From Candidatus Latescibacterota bacterium (GTDB lineage: Bacteria > Latescibacterota > UBA2968 > UBA8231): a stretch of 64,000 nucleotides of DNA. Where the stretch lies: assembly GCA_965200315.1 (NCBI GenBank), contig OZ241362.1, positions 2,720,001-2,784,000 of the forward strand, read 5' to 3'. Each line of letters starts with the position of its first letter. Positions within the stretch are counted from its first letter, which is position 1. Shown in pieces: positions 28,837-39,789 of this stretch. The notes below the pieces were generated by a model. That model had not been told where the DNA came from. It saw nothing but the letters and a program-made list of their open reading frames with translations, and made no database searches. Both the position numbers and the translations under genes were made by a program.

Positions 28837-29984
28837 ATAAAGCGAGGCGTGAGTTGGATGGGTTAATTAAATCTCTAAAGAGATCCCCGTGTCTGATAAC
28901 TTTGCCAAAGAAAACGCAGGGACTGTGGGATATATGCCTGTCTGGTATTTGGCAGCCTATTTCGTTATCAGAGTGGAGAGGTGTTATTGATGCGCCATGG
29001 GAAGTTCCTACACAAGCGACACTTTTTGTGAATCTTCCAGAGGCTGAAAGCAAAGAGTTAACAGAAATTTTCGGTTTCCCCACGATTGATCTCCCTGTGG
29101 TTCCCCCAATCGAATGGGTGAATCAGAAACTGCCCGATCATTTTAGTGCCTTATGCACAAGCGAATCAAAGCTCTTAAAACAGTCGCAACTCGTCCAGAT
29201 CATTACAGACCGCGTATCATACATGCTTCCCGACATCGTGATTTTTCTGGTACTCGATGGTCTATCATTGTATGATGTCACAGACTGGATATTCCCGGAG
29301 TCTTGGCGCGTAGTGTGTGAGCCATGTCTTGTTGATGGACTAAGCATCACATCAAGCGGCATGCGTCGGTTAATCGGGTCACCACCCTTAACACATCGAT
29401 TGTTTGCGTTAGGATATGTACAGCGACTTGGATTTTCGTATTGGGAACGCTCCCAAAATCAGCTTACCAATGTACTCTTTTCCGAATTTCCACCGAGTCA
29501 AATGTTTCGCTTCACAACCTTTGAAGAGATTTTAAATAGATTACAGAATACGGACTTACCCAACCGAACGTTCATCCAAATCGTCCGCACAGGACTCGAC
29601 GGGGTCTGCCACAGTCATAGAGAAAAACCAAATATAGACGCGATGCTTAGTCAACTTAAATTGGATATTGAACAAATTTCTGAGACAGTTAGTTCATCTC
29701 AGAAAACCGTGCGAGTTTTTATAACTAGCGACCATGGAATTCTTTGGTTCACAGAACAAAAAGTGACGCCATTTAAATCGGGTAGTGCTTCCGCTCGTTA
29801 TACTTATGCGAAATCTTCACCTGATGTGTCAAGAATCACTATTGCTGAATCTGGAGAGACGTTTACAGTTTTAATAGGTGATGAAATCATCGCTAGAAAC
29901 CGGAAGGGGACGGAATGGGGATTTCACGGTGGAATTTCTGCACGAGAATCTTTCGTTCCGTTATTTGATATTACTCCTAAATGA
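28800..29984 (+). CDS. PglZ-domain (alkaline phosphatase superfamily) protein
   Basis: FLVLDGLS, FITSDHG and FHGGISARESFVP are the characteristic PglZ motifs. Confidence 0.8.
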   Translation: MAEHQSLTHNIINKARRELDGLIKSLKRSPCLITLPKKTQGLWDICLSGIWQPISLSEWRGVIDAPWEVPTQATLFVNLPEAESKELTEIFGFPTIDLPVVPPIEWVNQKLPDHFSALCTSESKLLKQSQLVQIITDRVSYMLPDIVIFLVLDGLSLYDVTDWIFPESWRVVCEPCLVDGLSITSSGMRRLIGSPPLTHRLFALGYVQRLGFSYWERSQNQLTNVLFSEFPPSQMFRFTTFEEILNRLQNTDLPNRTFIQIVRTGLDGVCHSHREKPNIDAMLSQLKLDIEQISETVSSSQKTVRVFITSDHGILWFTEQKVTPFKSGSASARYTYAKSSPDVSRITIAESGETFTVLIGDEIIARNRKGTEWGFHGGISARESFVPLFDITPK

Positions 29985-29987
29985 TAG

Positions 29988-31205
29988 GTGGTTCAAATGG
30001 CAGAGGTCAACTTGCGAATCGGCACGGAACACGAAAGCGGCGAATTGATCTATATGAATGCAACAGGATCACGTGCCGTCTTCATCTGCGGCAAGCGCGG
30101 TTCTGGCAAAAGCTATACGATGGGCGTCATCGTCGAAGAGCTATTCAACCAAGAACAAGACGAGGCAACAATTATCATCGCCGATCCAATGGGAATTTAC
30201 CACACGATGGCTTTGCCGAACCAAACCCAAGCAGATGAAGTTCTTCATGCCGGATTCCTTACTAGCGGCTTTCCAGTTCGGCTCATTGTCCCTGGCAATC
30301 CTTTGATTCGGTACGGCGATGCGGTGGTACTTGCGAAGCTGCGAGAGAACGGTGTCGAAGTTGTTCCACTCCAAATTAACGCCGCAGATATCTCGCCCGA
30401 GGCGTGGTGTGAACTATTTGACATTGGCATGAACGAAGTGATGGGGATTGTTTTGGGGAGAGCAGTTGATACACTTCTCGAAAAAGACCAGCATTTTATT
30501 ATTGATGACATCCTTGAGACAATCGATAGAGACCCAAGAGCGAAAGACACCTCTAAAGAAGCTCTGGAAAACCGTTTAATGGCGGCGAATAGGTGGGGTA
30601 TCTTTGCAGAAGAACCCACCTCATTGAATAATGTGTTTCTCTTGAACCATATCAATGTTTTAGACCTAAGTGTGATTGATGCGGGTACAAAAGGACTGCG
30701 TAACATGGTACTTGACGTTGTCTCCCGCCGTCTTTTCTCTGAACGAACCCGAGAAAGACGTAGAGAAGAATTTGGTTTGTCAACGAAGCTACCGCGGGTT
30801 TGGCTGGCGATTGACGAAGCTCATCAATTTGTGCCGAAAGGACGAACCTCGCTCTGTAAGGAAATGCTCATTCGTTGGGTGAAAGAGGGACGTCAACCCG
30901 GTCTCAGCCTCGTCGTAGCGACGCAACAGCCGGCCGCGATTGATCCTGAACTGTTATCACAATGCGACGTCATTATTGCTCACAAAATTACGACTTGGGA
31001 TGATATCAATGCACTTGACCGACTGAGTGCAACGTACATGGCGGGAAACTTAAAAGGATACATTCGCAACTTAAACCGCAGAGGTGAGGCTCTATTAGTT
31101 GATGATGAAACCGAGTCTGTTACGACAATTCGAGTCCGCCCGCGATTTAGTTCGCACGGCGGTGCCGAAATTCAAGAAAAGACTGTGCGAAAATTTTTAT
31201 TTTAG
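29988..31205 (+). CDS. HerA/FtsK-like (DUF87) ATPase
   Basis: GKRGSGKS, IADPMG, IDEAHQF and EGRQPGLSLVVATQQP motifs. It lacks an N-terminal HAS barrel. Confidence 0.85.
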   Translation: MVQMAEVNLRIGTEHESGELIYMNATGSRAVFICGKRGSGKSYTMGVIVEELFNQEQDEATIIIADPMGIYHTMALPNQTQADEVLHAGFLTSGFPVRLIVPGNPLIRYGDAVVLAKLRENGVEVVPLQINAADISPEAWCELFDIGMNEVMGIVLGRAVDTLLEKDQHFIIDDILETIDRDPRAKDTSKEALENRLMAANRWGIFAEEPTSLNNVFLLNHINVLDLSVIDAGTKGLRNMVLDVVSRRLFSERTRERRREEFGLSTKLPRVWLAIDEAHQFVPKGRTSLCKEMLIRWVKEGRQPGLSLVVATQQPAAIDPELLSQCDVIIAHKITTWDDINALDRLSATYMAGNLKGYIRNLNRRGEALLVDDETESVTTIRVRPRFSSHGGAEIQEKTVRKFLF

Positions 31206-31241
31206 CGTCTAACTCACGCCCCCATCCCCGAGAGGTTTTCC

Positions 31242-33917
<2,676 letters not shown>

Positions 33918-33934
33918 GCCGGCGAGGGGATGCG

Positions 33935-35176
33935 ATGAGTTCTTGTGTTGTTAAAGATGTCGTGCGCACTGTGCTGCACGTGCCGTTCCACGAGCGTTGC
34001 GCCGACACCATGGAAATCTACGGGCCGGGTTGGTCCATCGTCGAATTGGTCGAAGTGGAGACCGAGGGTGGCGTTGTCGGCATTGGCGAGACGATTCAGG
34101 GATATACGTGGGGCCACTCGCGTGAAGCGGAGTTTGCTCGCGTGCGCGGGCGGAACGTGTTCGAGGTGCTGTGGGACGATTCGCTGGGCGCTGGCTTGCA
34201 GATGGCGCTTTTCGACGCGGCCGGCAAGCACTTAGGCGTACCCTGCCACCGGCTGATGGGGCCGCAGCACCGCGACGCCTGCCCGGTTTCTTGGTGGGCG
34301 CAAAGTATGCCGCCCGCAGCATGGGCGGCCGAGGCTCGCGCGGCCGAGGCGCATGGCTTTACCACCATGAAGGTCAAGGCGCGGCCTTGGTACGATATTG
34401 CGGCACAGTTGCAGGCCGTGGATGAGGCCACTTCCCAGCACTTCAAGCTGGACGCCGACTTCAACACCATGTTGCTGGGGGTTGACCAAGCCGCCCCGCT
34501 CATCGCACGCTTAGAGCGAGACAACGCCTGTCTCGCCATCGTCGAGTCGCCGATTCCGCAGGACGATGTGGAGGGCAACAAGCTCCTGCGGCACAAGATC
34601 CAAAGTCCAATCGCCATGCATATCGGCCAGCCGCCGCCCATGACGGCGATCCGCGCGGGCGTGTGCGACGGGTTTGTCATCGGCGGCGGAGTACGCCGCG
34701 TCTTGAGCGACGGCAACTTGGCGGAGCGGGCGCAAATGCCGTTCTGGTTGCAGATGGTGGGCACTGGCCTGACGGCGACCTTTGCGGCGCACTTGGGGGC
34801 GGTGCTAAAGGAAGCGCGCTGGCCGGCGATTCCCTGCGTCAACATCTATTCGCACGTTTTGGTGCAGGAGTTTGCCGCGGAGGGAGGGCATCTGCGGGTG
34901 CCGGAGGCTCCGGGCTTGGGGGTCGAGTTGGACCGGGATACTGTGGAGCGCCTGCGCGTCGAGCCGGACTTTGCAAAAGCGCCGGTGCGCCAAATACACG
35001 CCGTGCGCTGGCCCGATGGCCGGGTTTTGTGGGCTGCCGACGGCAGCTACCGCGGCGATTTCACCGCTGGTAAGCGAACGGGCTTTTTGCCGGGGATGCA
35101 GCTAGAGGTGCGGCTCGACGATGGCAGCGAAGAATTTGATCGAGAACATCGGGAGCGGTTTCCGGGGCGAGCTTAG
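33935..35176 (+). CDS. Mandelate racemase/muconate lactonizing enzyme family protein
   Basis: KVKARPW, LDADFN, ESP and PEAPGLGVE motifs. Paralog of 62322-63572. Start reassigned to ATG 33935. Confidence 0.85.
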   Translation: MSSCVVKDVVRTVLHVPFHERCADTMEIYGPGWSIVELVEVETEGGVVGIGETIQGYTWGHSREAEFARVRGRNVFEVLWDDSLGAGLQMALFDAAGKHLGVPCHRLMGPQHRDACPVSWWAQSMPPAAWAAEARAAEAHGFTTMKVKARPWYDIAAQLQAVDEATSQHFKLDADFNTMLLGVDQAAPLIARLERDNACLAIVESPIPQDDVEGNKLLRHKIQSPIAMHIGQPPPMTAIRAGVCDGFVIGGGVRRVLSDGNLAERAQMPFWLQMVGTGLTATFAAHLGAVLKEARWPAIPCVNIYSHVLVQEFAAEGGHLRVPEAPGLGVELDRDTVERLRVEPDFAKAPVRQIHAVRWPDGRVLWAADGSYRGDFTAGKRTGFLPGMQLEVRLDDGSEEFDREHRERFPGRA

Positions 35177-35253
35177 GGTGCGCTAAGAAACGCTGAGACG
35201 ATTCGACGAATGGACTGCGCTTTGAAGTGCCATCACGTAGAGTTGGCTAGGAG

Positions 35254-35292
35254 AAAAAGCGGCCCGTGTCGGAAGACATGAGCCGCTTTTTT
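35254..35292. terminator. Bidirectional intrinsic terminator
   Basis: AAAAAGCGGCCCGTGTC-GGAA-GACATGAGCCGCTTTTTT between convergent genes. Confidence 0.75.
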
Positions 35293-35502
35293 GTGAGAGT
35301 ATCGCGGTGTTGTTTTAGGGGAGGACGAGATATACGCTTGCTTTTTTAGTATCCTCCTACCCGCTTGCCTTTGAGTGGCCGCTTCCTCCCGCAGAGCAAC
35401 AGGCCGGCAAAGGGGTATTACGGGTCGAGGTGGCGCGATGTGATCTCCATTAGAGCTAGGGACAGCCCGGCCAATGAGCGAATTCACTCCACTTCGATGA
35501 AC

Positions 35503-35868
35503 TCAACTCGTGTATTGACGCAACCATGTTTTGACTGAACGGCTCGTTTCGGGCGAGCGGCTCAGTGCGCCTGTTATATGAGACAGATCGTTTGGGGAAA
35601 GGATGCCTGCTTTCTTGATCTGCCGGAGCACCATGCGGTTGACCAATTTTGGCACGGGTGCAATGCGGGCGTCGTGGACAAAATGGACGCGGTTCGTAGA
35701 AGGCAAATACGCCGGTTCTACAGTGACTATGTCCTCACTCTCATCGTCTTAATAGAGCGGATGCAACACCGCCACTAATACCTCCCGCTCAAGAGAAGGC
35801 TCGGTCAGAATTAGGAACAGCCGAAAGGGCTGTGTGGTCATGCGAAGGATCGTTCCAGCCTCCAACAC
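35503..35868 (-). pseudogene. Putative toxin (PemK/MazF-like) partner of the Panacea antitoxin, with an internal nonsense codon
   Basis: GTG overlaps the Panacea stop (TAGTG). The 121-codon frame VLEAGTILRMTTQPFRLFLILTEP...HPLY*DDESED...SPETSRSVKTWL has a single TAA at 35749-35751. Confidence 0.55.
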
Positions 35869-36440
35869 TATGAAAGCCACTCGTCGAGTTGATTGCTCAC
35901 CTTCACGCGCACCCCAACCTCCTGTATATAAGCGTCCTCTTTTCCCAAGGCCATGAGAATGTCCCCTAGAGGCAGCGGACAGCTAGCCGGCCCCACAGGG
36001 TCGGCACTGGGATCTTGCCATTCGGGAAGATGATCGTGGGTATATTGGACCAATTCTCGCCAATGCCAACTGCCAAAATGTGCCACCACCTCTCGAGCGA
36101 TGCCGATCTCGTTTTCCGACATTGCCTCAATCGTCAGGGGCTCTTGTGCCAGTTCTATATGATAGGTTCCCTTTCGGCGGATATGGCTCTGCCAGACCGA
36201 CTCACGCTCCGGCCACGGCGGCTCTCGAATAAGGTCGTAGGTTCGGCTTAAAACGGGGCCATGAGCCATCGACACATAGGCATCGGTAGAAATCGGCCAC
36301 CCTTGCTCGTTCAGCGACGCACGGTCTGCCAAGTACATTAGCTTTATGAGCTTGATATACTCCATCGAACCGCCGGCCTCGCGCAACAACACAACGGCTA
36401 GTTCGGTGACCTTGCGGAGATTAAAGCGCAAATTTTCCAT
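35868..36440 (-). CDS. Panacea (SocA/DUF4065) domain antitoxin
   Basis: KLIKLMYLADR, YVSMAHGPVLS and LVQYTHDHLPEW motifs. Confidence 0.85.
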   Translation of the reverse strand: MENLRFNLRKVTELAVVLLREAGGSMEYIKLIKLMYLADRASLNEQGWPISTDAYVSMAHGPVLSRTYDLIREPPWPERESVWQSHIRRKGTYHIELAQEPLTIEAMSENEIGIAREVVAHFGSWHWRELVQYTHDHLPEWQDPSADPVGPASCPLPLGDILMALGKEDAYIQEVGVRVKVSNQLDEWLS

Positions 36441-36591
36441 GGGGCATCTTTGGGAAGAAGGTGTGTCTGGTTAAGTACCAATAAACGAAAACCGTGTCAA
36501 TTCTAAAAGACCTCATGCGGTCAGCCCATTGGGCCGATGCGGATCAGACCTAAGTAGGAACAACGCTGTTTCTCAGAGGTAACAACTCCCC

Positions 36592-37131
36592 TCACTTGAC
36601 CAAGGCGGCAATTTGCTTGAACTCCTCCGTCCCCGCTTCCTGAAGCAACTCAAATAGACACATTTCCACCGCGGTGATTTGTGCGCCAGCGGATGCCATT
36701 CTTTGCAGCCCTAGCGCCTTGTTCTCGACTGTGCGCGAGGAGACCGCGTCGGTCACAACTTCGACTTGGTAGCTCGAGTCCAGCAAATCGCGGGCCGTCT
36801 GATAGACGCAGATGTGGCTTTCGATGCCGGCCAAGAGGATCTGGCGGCGACCGCTCTGGCGCAGTTGGGTTTGGAAAGTGCTGAGACCACAGGCGCTAAA
36901 GCAGGTCTTGGCCAGTGGCTCTTGGCCGGATAGCAGGTCGGCGACTTCGGGAATGGTGGGACCAAGCCCTTTGGGATATTGCTCCAGCCATAGAATGGGC
37001 AACCTTAGGACCTGTGCGCCCTTGACGAGAACCTGTAACTGGCGGTAGAGTGCCTCGCGCTCGTGCATCAGCGAGGCCAGCTTGCCCTGAATGTCGATGA
37101 GGACAAGTGCGGTGTGGTCGCGGCTGAGCAT
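36592..37131 (-). CDS. Isochorismatase family hydrolase
   Basis: LIDIQGKL, EQYPKGLGPT and GIESHICVYQT motifs. Start ATG 37131. Confidence 0.9.
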   Translation of the reverse strand: MLSRDHTALVLIDIQGKLASLMHEREALYRQLQVLVKGAQVLRLPILWLEQYPKGLGPTIPEVADLLSGQEPLAKTCFSACGLSTFQTQLRQSGRRQILLAGIESHICVYQTARDLLDSSYQVEVVTDAVSSRTVENKALGLQRMASAGAQITAVEMCLFELLQEAGTEEFKQIAALVK

Positions 37132-38276
37132 TAGATGTACCCGGTTGAGCCGTCGGGGCGTGTCGGGCTGGAGCGTTCCCAATGGATGTATTCGTTGTCG
37201 GCGATGGCTTCTTCGTTGACCTCGACGCCCAGCCCCGGCCGGTCCGGTCGCAGCTCCAAGTAGCCGTCTTTGGGCAAATAGGGTTCGTCAAGCCAGTCAT
37301 TCCACTCGGATTCGGTCGGCAGGAGGTATTCGAGGATTTTGAAGTTGGGTGCCGAGGCGCAGAAGTGCAGGTTGACCGCAGTCGCCAACGGCCCCATGGG
37401 GTTGTGCGGAGCAATGCTGATGTAGTGGGCTTCGGCAATGGCGTTGATCTTGCGCATTTCGAGCAGGCCGCCGCAGACGCAGATGTCGGGCTGGATGATG
37501 TCGGCACCTTGGTTGGCGATTAGATCGAGAAACTCAAAGCGGGCGTAGAGGCTCTCGCCGGTAGCCAACGGCACCTGCATCTGCGACTTGAGGCTGGTCC
37601 ACGCCGGAACGTGCTCAGGGCGCAGCGGCTCTTCGTAGAAGAAGGGGTCGTACGGCGCGAGGGCATTGGCTAGCTGCAAGGCACGAATCGGCTCGAATAT
37701 CTTGGCGTGCGGGTCGAAGGCAAATTCCCAGGCGTCCGGGCAGCTAACGCGCAATTCTTCAAAATACTTGGTCGCCTCGGAGCAGACGCGGCCCCAGCGA
37801 TGGGCGTCTGGGTCGAGCCGATAGGGGCTGGTTTTGAATGCCGTGAAGCCATACTCCTCATTCAGACGCCGGGCTTGGTCGGCGGCCTCTTGGCCGTCGC
37901 GGCCGCCGATGGAGCGATAGACGCGCACCCGGTCGCGAGCGTGGCCGCCCAAGAGCTGATAGACCGGGACGCCCGCAGCTTTGCCGGAGATGTCCCACAG
38001 CGCGTGGTCGATGCCAGAGATAGCCGACAGGCCGATGCCGCCTGGTGGGAAGCGGAACTGCTGGTGCAGCTTCATCATGATGAATTCGATCCGCCGCGGG
38101 TCGATGCCCTTGATCAGCTCAAAGCAATAATCGACGGTGGGGCCGACGGCTAGGTCAGGGCCGATGGAGTAGGTCTCGCCCCAGCCGGTGATGCCCTCGT
38201 CGGTCTCGACTTTGACCAAGACGCGCGGGCGGTTGCCGAAGCGGGCGATGATGGGGGTGATGGCAGTGATTTTCAC
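37131..38276 (-). CDS. Mandelate racemase/galactonate dehydratase-like enzyme
   Basis: DHALWDISGK, FDPH, YEEP, TGE, QPD and APHNP motifs. Start GTG 38276. Confidence 0.9.
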   Translation of the reverse strand: MKITAITPIIARFGNRPRVLVKVETDEGITGWGETYSIGPDLAVGPTVDYCFELIKGIDPRRIEFIMMKLHQQFRFPPGGIGLSAISGIDHALWDISGKAAGVPVYQLLGGHARDRVRVYRSIGGRDGQEAADQARRLNEEYGFTAFKTSPYRLDPDAHRWGRVCSEATKYFEELRVSCPDAWEFAFDPHAKIFEPIRALQLANALAPYDPFFYEEPLRPEHVPAWTSLKSQMQVPLATGESLYARFEFLDLIANQGADIIQPDICVCGGLLEMRKINAIAEAHYISIAPHNPMGPLATAVNLHFCASAPNFKILEYLLPTESEWNDWLDEPYLPKDGYLELRPDRPGLGVEVNEEAIADNEYIHWERSSPTRPDGSTGYI

Positions 38277-38287
38277 AGTAGGTCTCG

Positions 38288-39661
38288 CTATTGGAAGAAG
38301 AGGGGGTAAGAGGCGTTTTCGGCTTCGCGTTTGATCAGGCTCATCAGTTCCATTGTGTGGTAGTCGCCCCACATGGCCGCCTCGCCGCAGGGAATTTTGC
38401 GGCCTTGAGGCACGTAGTCCCAGCCATTGGGACGATGGTAGATCGCGTGGAGGGTGATGCCTTGGTGTTGGGGATCAACGGCGAGATACGGTTCCTCTAA
38501 GAGGGCGCGGGCAATGGTGAAGGCCGCAGCGCGATAGCGCGTCCCCCTTGCTGCGTCCCCCTTGGACAAATAGTAGTTGCCCAAGCGCAAATAGCCTTGG
38601 CCGCAGATAGCCGCAGCCGAACTGTCGAGCGGCTCGACGTCGTTGTACGGGTCGGAGAGCTGGTCGGTTATCGCGCCAAAGGAGGCGACCCCAGGTGCGC
38701 CCGTGTCCCAGAACGGTACGCCGTCGGCAAAGCTGTTGGCGATGTGGAATTCAGCGGTGGCTAGGGCGGCTTTTTCCATGGTTTGCACGAGGTCGGCCTT
38801 GGTGCCAAAAGGCTCGACGTCGGCCTCGCTGAGTGTGGCGAAATACTCTAGCTGCTCGGCGTAGCCCGTAAGCACCCACGACAGACCGCGAGTCCAAGTC
38901 GAAAACGGAGTGTAGCCCTGCTGGGTGCTGGGGCAGCGGTACTGGCCGTCGCGGGTGTTGAAGATGGATTCGTGGACTACGCGGCCGGGTGTGTCAAACG
39001 CATCGCGGCCCTCGCCGTAGTACACGTTGAAACGGGCGTTGGTCTGGGCGTGTTCGATTAAGCGGCCGAGCAGACTGATGCGCTTGTCGCCCTCGCCCAT
39101 CAGCGCGTGGCCTAGCTGGTGCGCGGTCCCCAAGATGCGCAGCGAGCGCATGGTGTCGGAAAAGAGCGAATGCGGGCCGTTGAAGGAGTGGATGAAGCCC
39201 GTGCCGTACGCGGTCTCGGTCCAGCGCGCGGCTTGCACGGCACCCGACAGCTTGATGGCCAATTCGTAGAAGTCCAGCTCGCGCTGATCGTGCGGAATGC
39301 GGCCTTCGAGCATCAGGCGGCGCAAATTGCCATAGGTGGAGAGGTTGTTGAAGCCGTGGTCGTGGACGCCGACGTGCGAGACGTGCGGCGCCATCTGCGC
39401 GATGGTACGGTCGCGGCCGAGCGCGAGGAAGCGCACGTCATCGGTCATGTCGTACTGCAGGATGGCGCAGCCGTATTGGAAGCCCTGAGTCCACTCGGTC
39501 CAGCCTCGGGTGGTGTAGCGCCCCTGCTGGGTGAAAACCGGGGTGCCGCGAGCCGGGTCCCAGGTGCTGTCGAGATCGAGGATTTTGGCACCGGTAAGAG
39601 TTAAAAAACGCTGGATTGCTGGAAGGAGTTGTTGGGCGTTCAGGTCTTGGTCTGGTTTCAC
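38288..39661 (-). CDS. Glycoside hydrolase family 88 (unsaturated glucuronyl hydrolase-like)
   Basis: WTQGF, HDHGF, DTM, STWTRGLSW, DSSAAAI and WGDYH motifs. Confidence 0.8.
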   Translation of the reverse strand: MKPDQDLNAQQLLPAIQRFLTLTGAKILDLDSTWDPARGTPVFTQQGRYTTRGWTEWTQGFQYGCAILQYDMTDDVRFLALGRDRTIAQMAPHVSHVGVHDHGFNNLSTYGNLRRLMLEGRIPHDQRELDFYELAIKLSGAVQAARWTETAYGTGFIHSFNGPHSLFSDTMRSLRILGTAHQLGHALMGEGDKRISLLGRLIEHAQTNARFNVYYGEGRDAFDTPGRVVHESIFNTRDGQYRCPSTQQGYTPFSTWTRGLSWVLTGYAEQLEYFATLSEADVEPFGTKADLVQTMEKAALATAEFHIANSFADGVPFWDTGAPGVASFGAITDQLSDPYNDVEPLDSSAAAICGQGYLRLGNYYLSKGDAARGTRYRAAAFTIARALLEEPYLAVDPQHQGITLHAIYHRPNGWDYVPQGRKIPCGEAAMWGDYHTMELMSLIKREAENASYPLFFQ

Positions 39662-39789
39662 GAGATGTTTCCTTTGGCTTGGGCAGCGAGAAGATAGGAG
39701 GGGCGTGGGGGTGGGTCAATGCGGGTTGGTGGGCGTTGGTCGCTTGCTTATTTTCCTTCGCCGCACAGACGAGACCAAGGAGAAGTCCC

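Larger units (their letters stand above)
18870..31240 (+). other. Low-GC genomic island carrying a BREX-related putative defence operon
   Basis: Abrupt AT-richer composition relative to the flanks (by eye). Nine co-oriented, mostly overlapping ORFs. No integrase or flanking direct repeat seen. Confidence 0.8.

Noticed and set aside
15207-31240. tRNA-Glu as the integration site of the defence island
   Set aside because: The island is 3.6 kb away on the tRNA's 5' side. No integrase or duplicated tRNA end was found.
35295-35500. Possible ncRNA in the gap after the terminator
   Set aside because: Some weak pairing, but no recognisable family or promoter. An Rfam/Infernal search would be needed.
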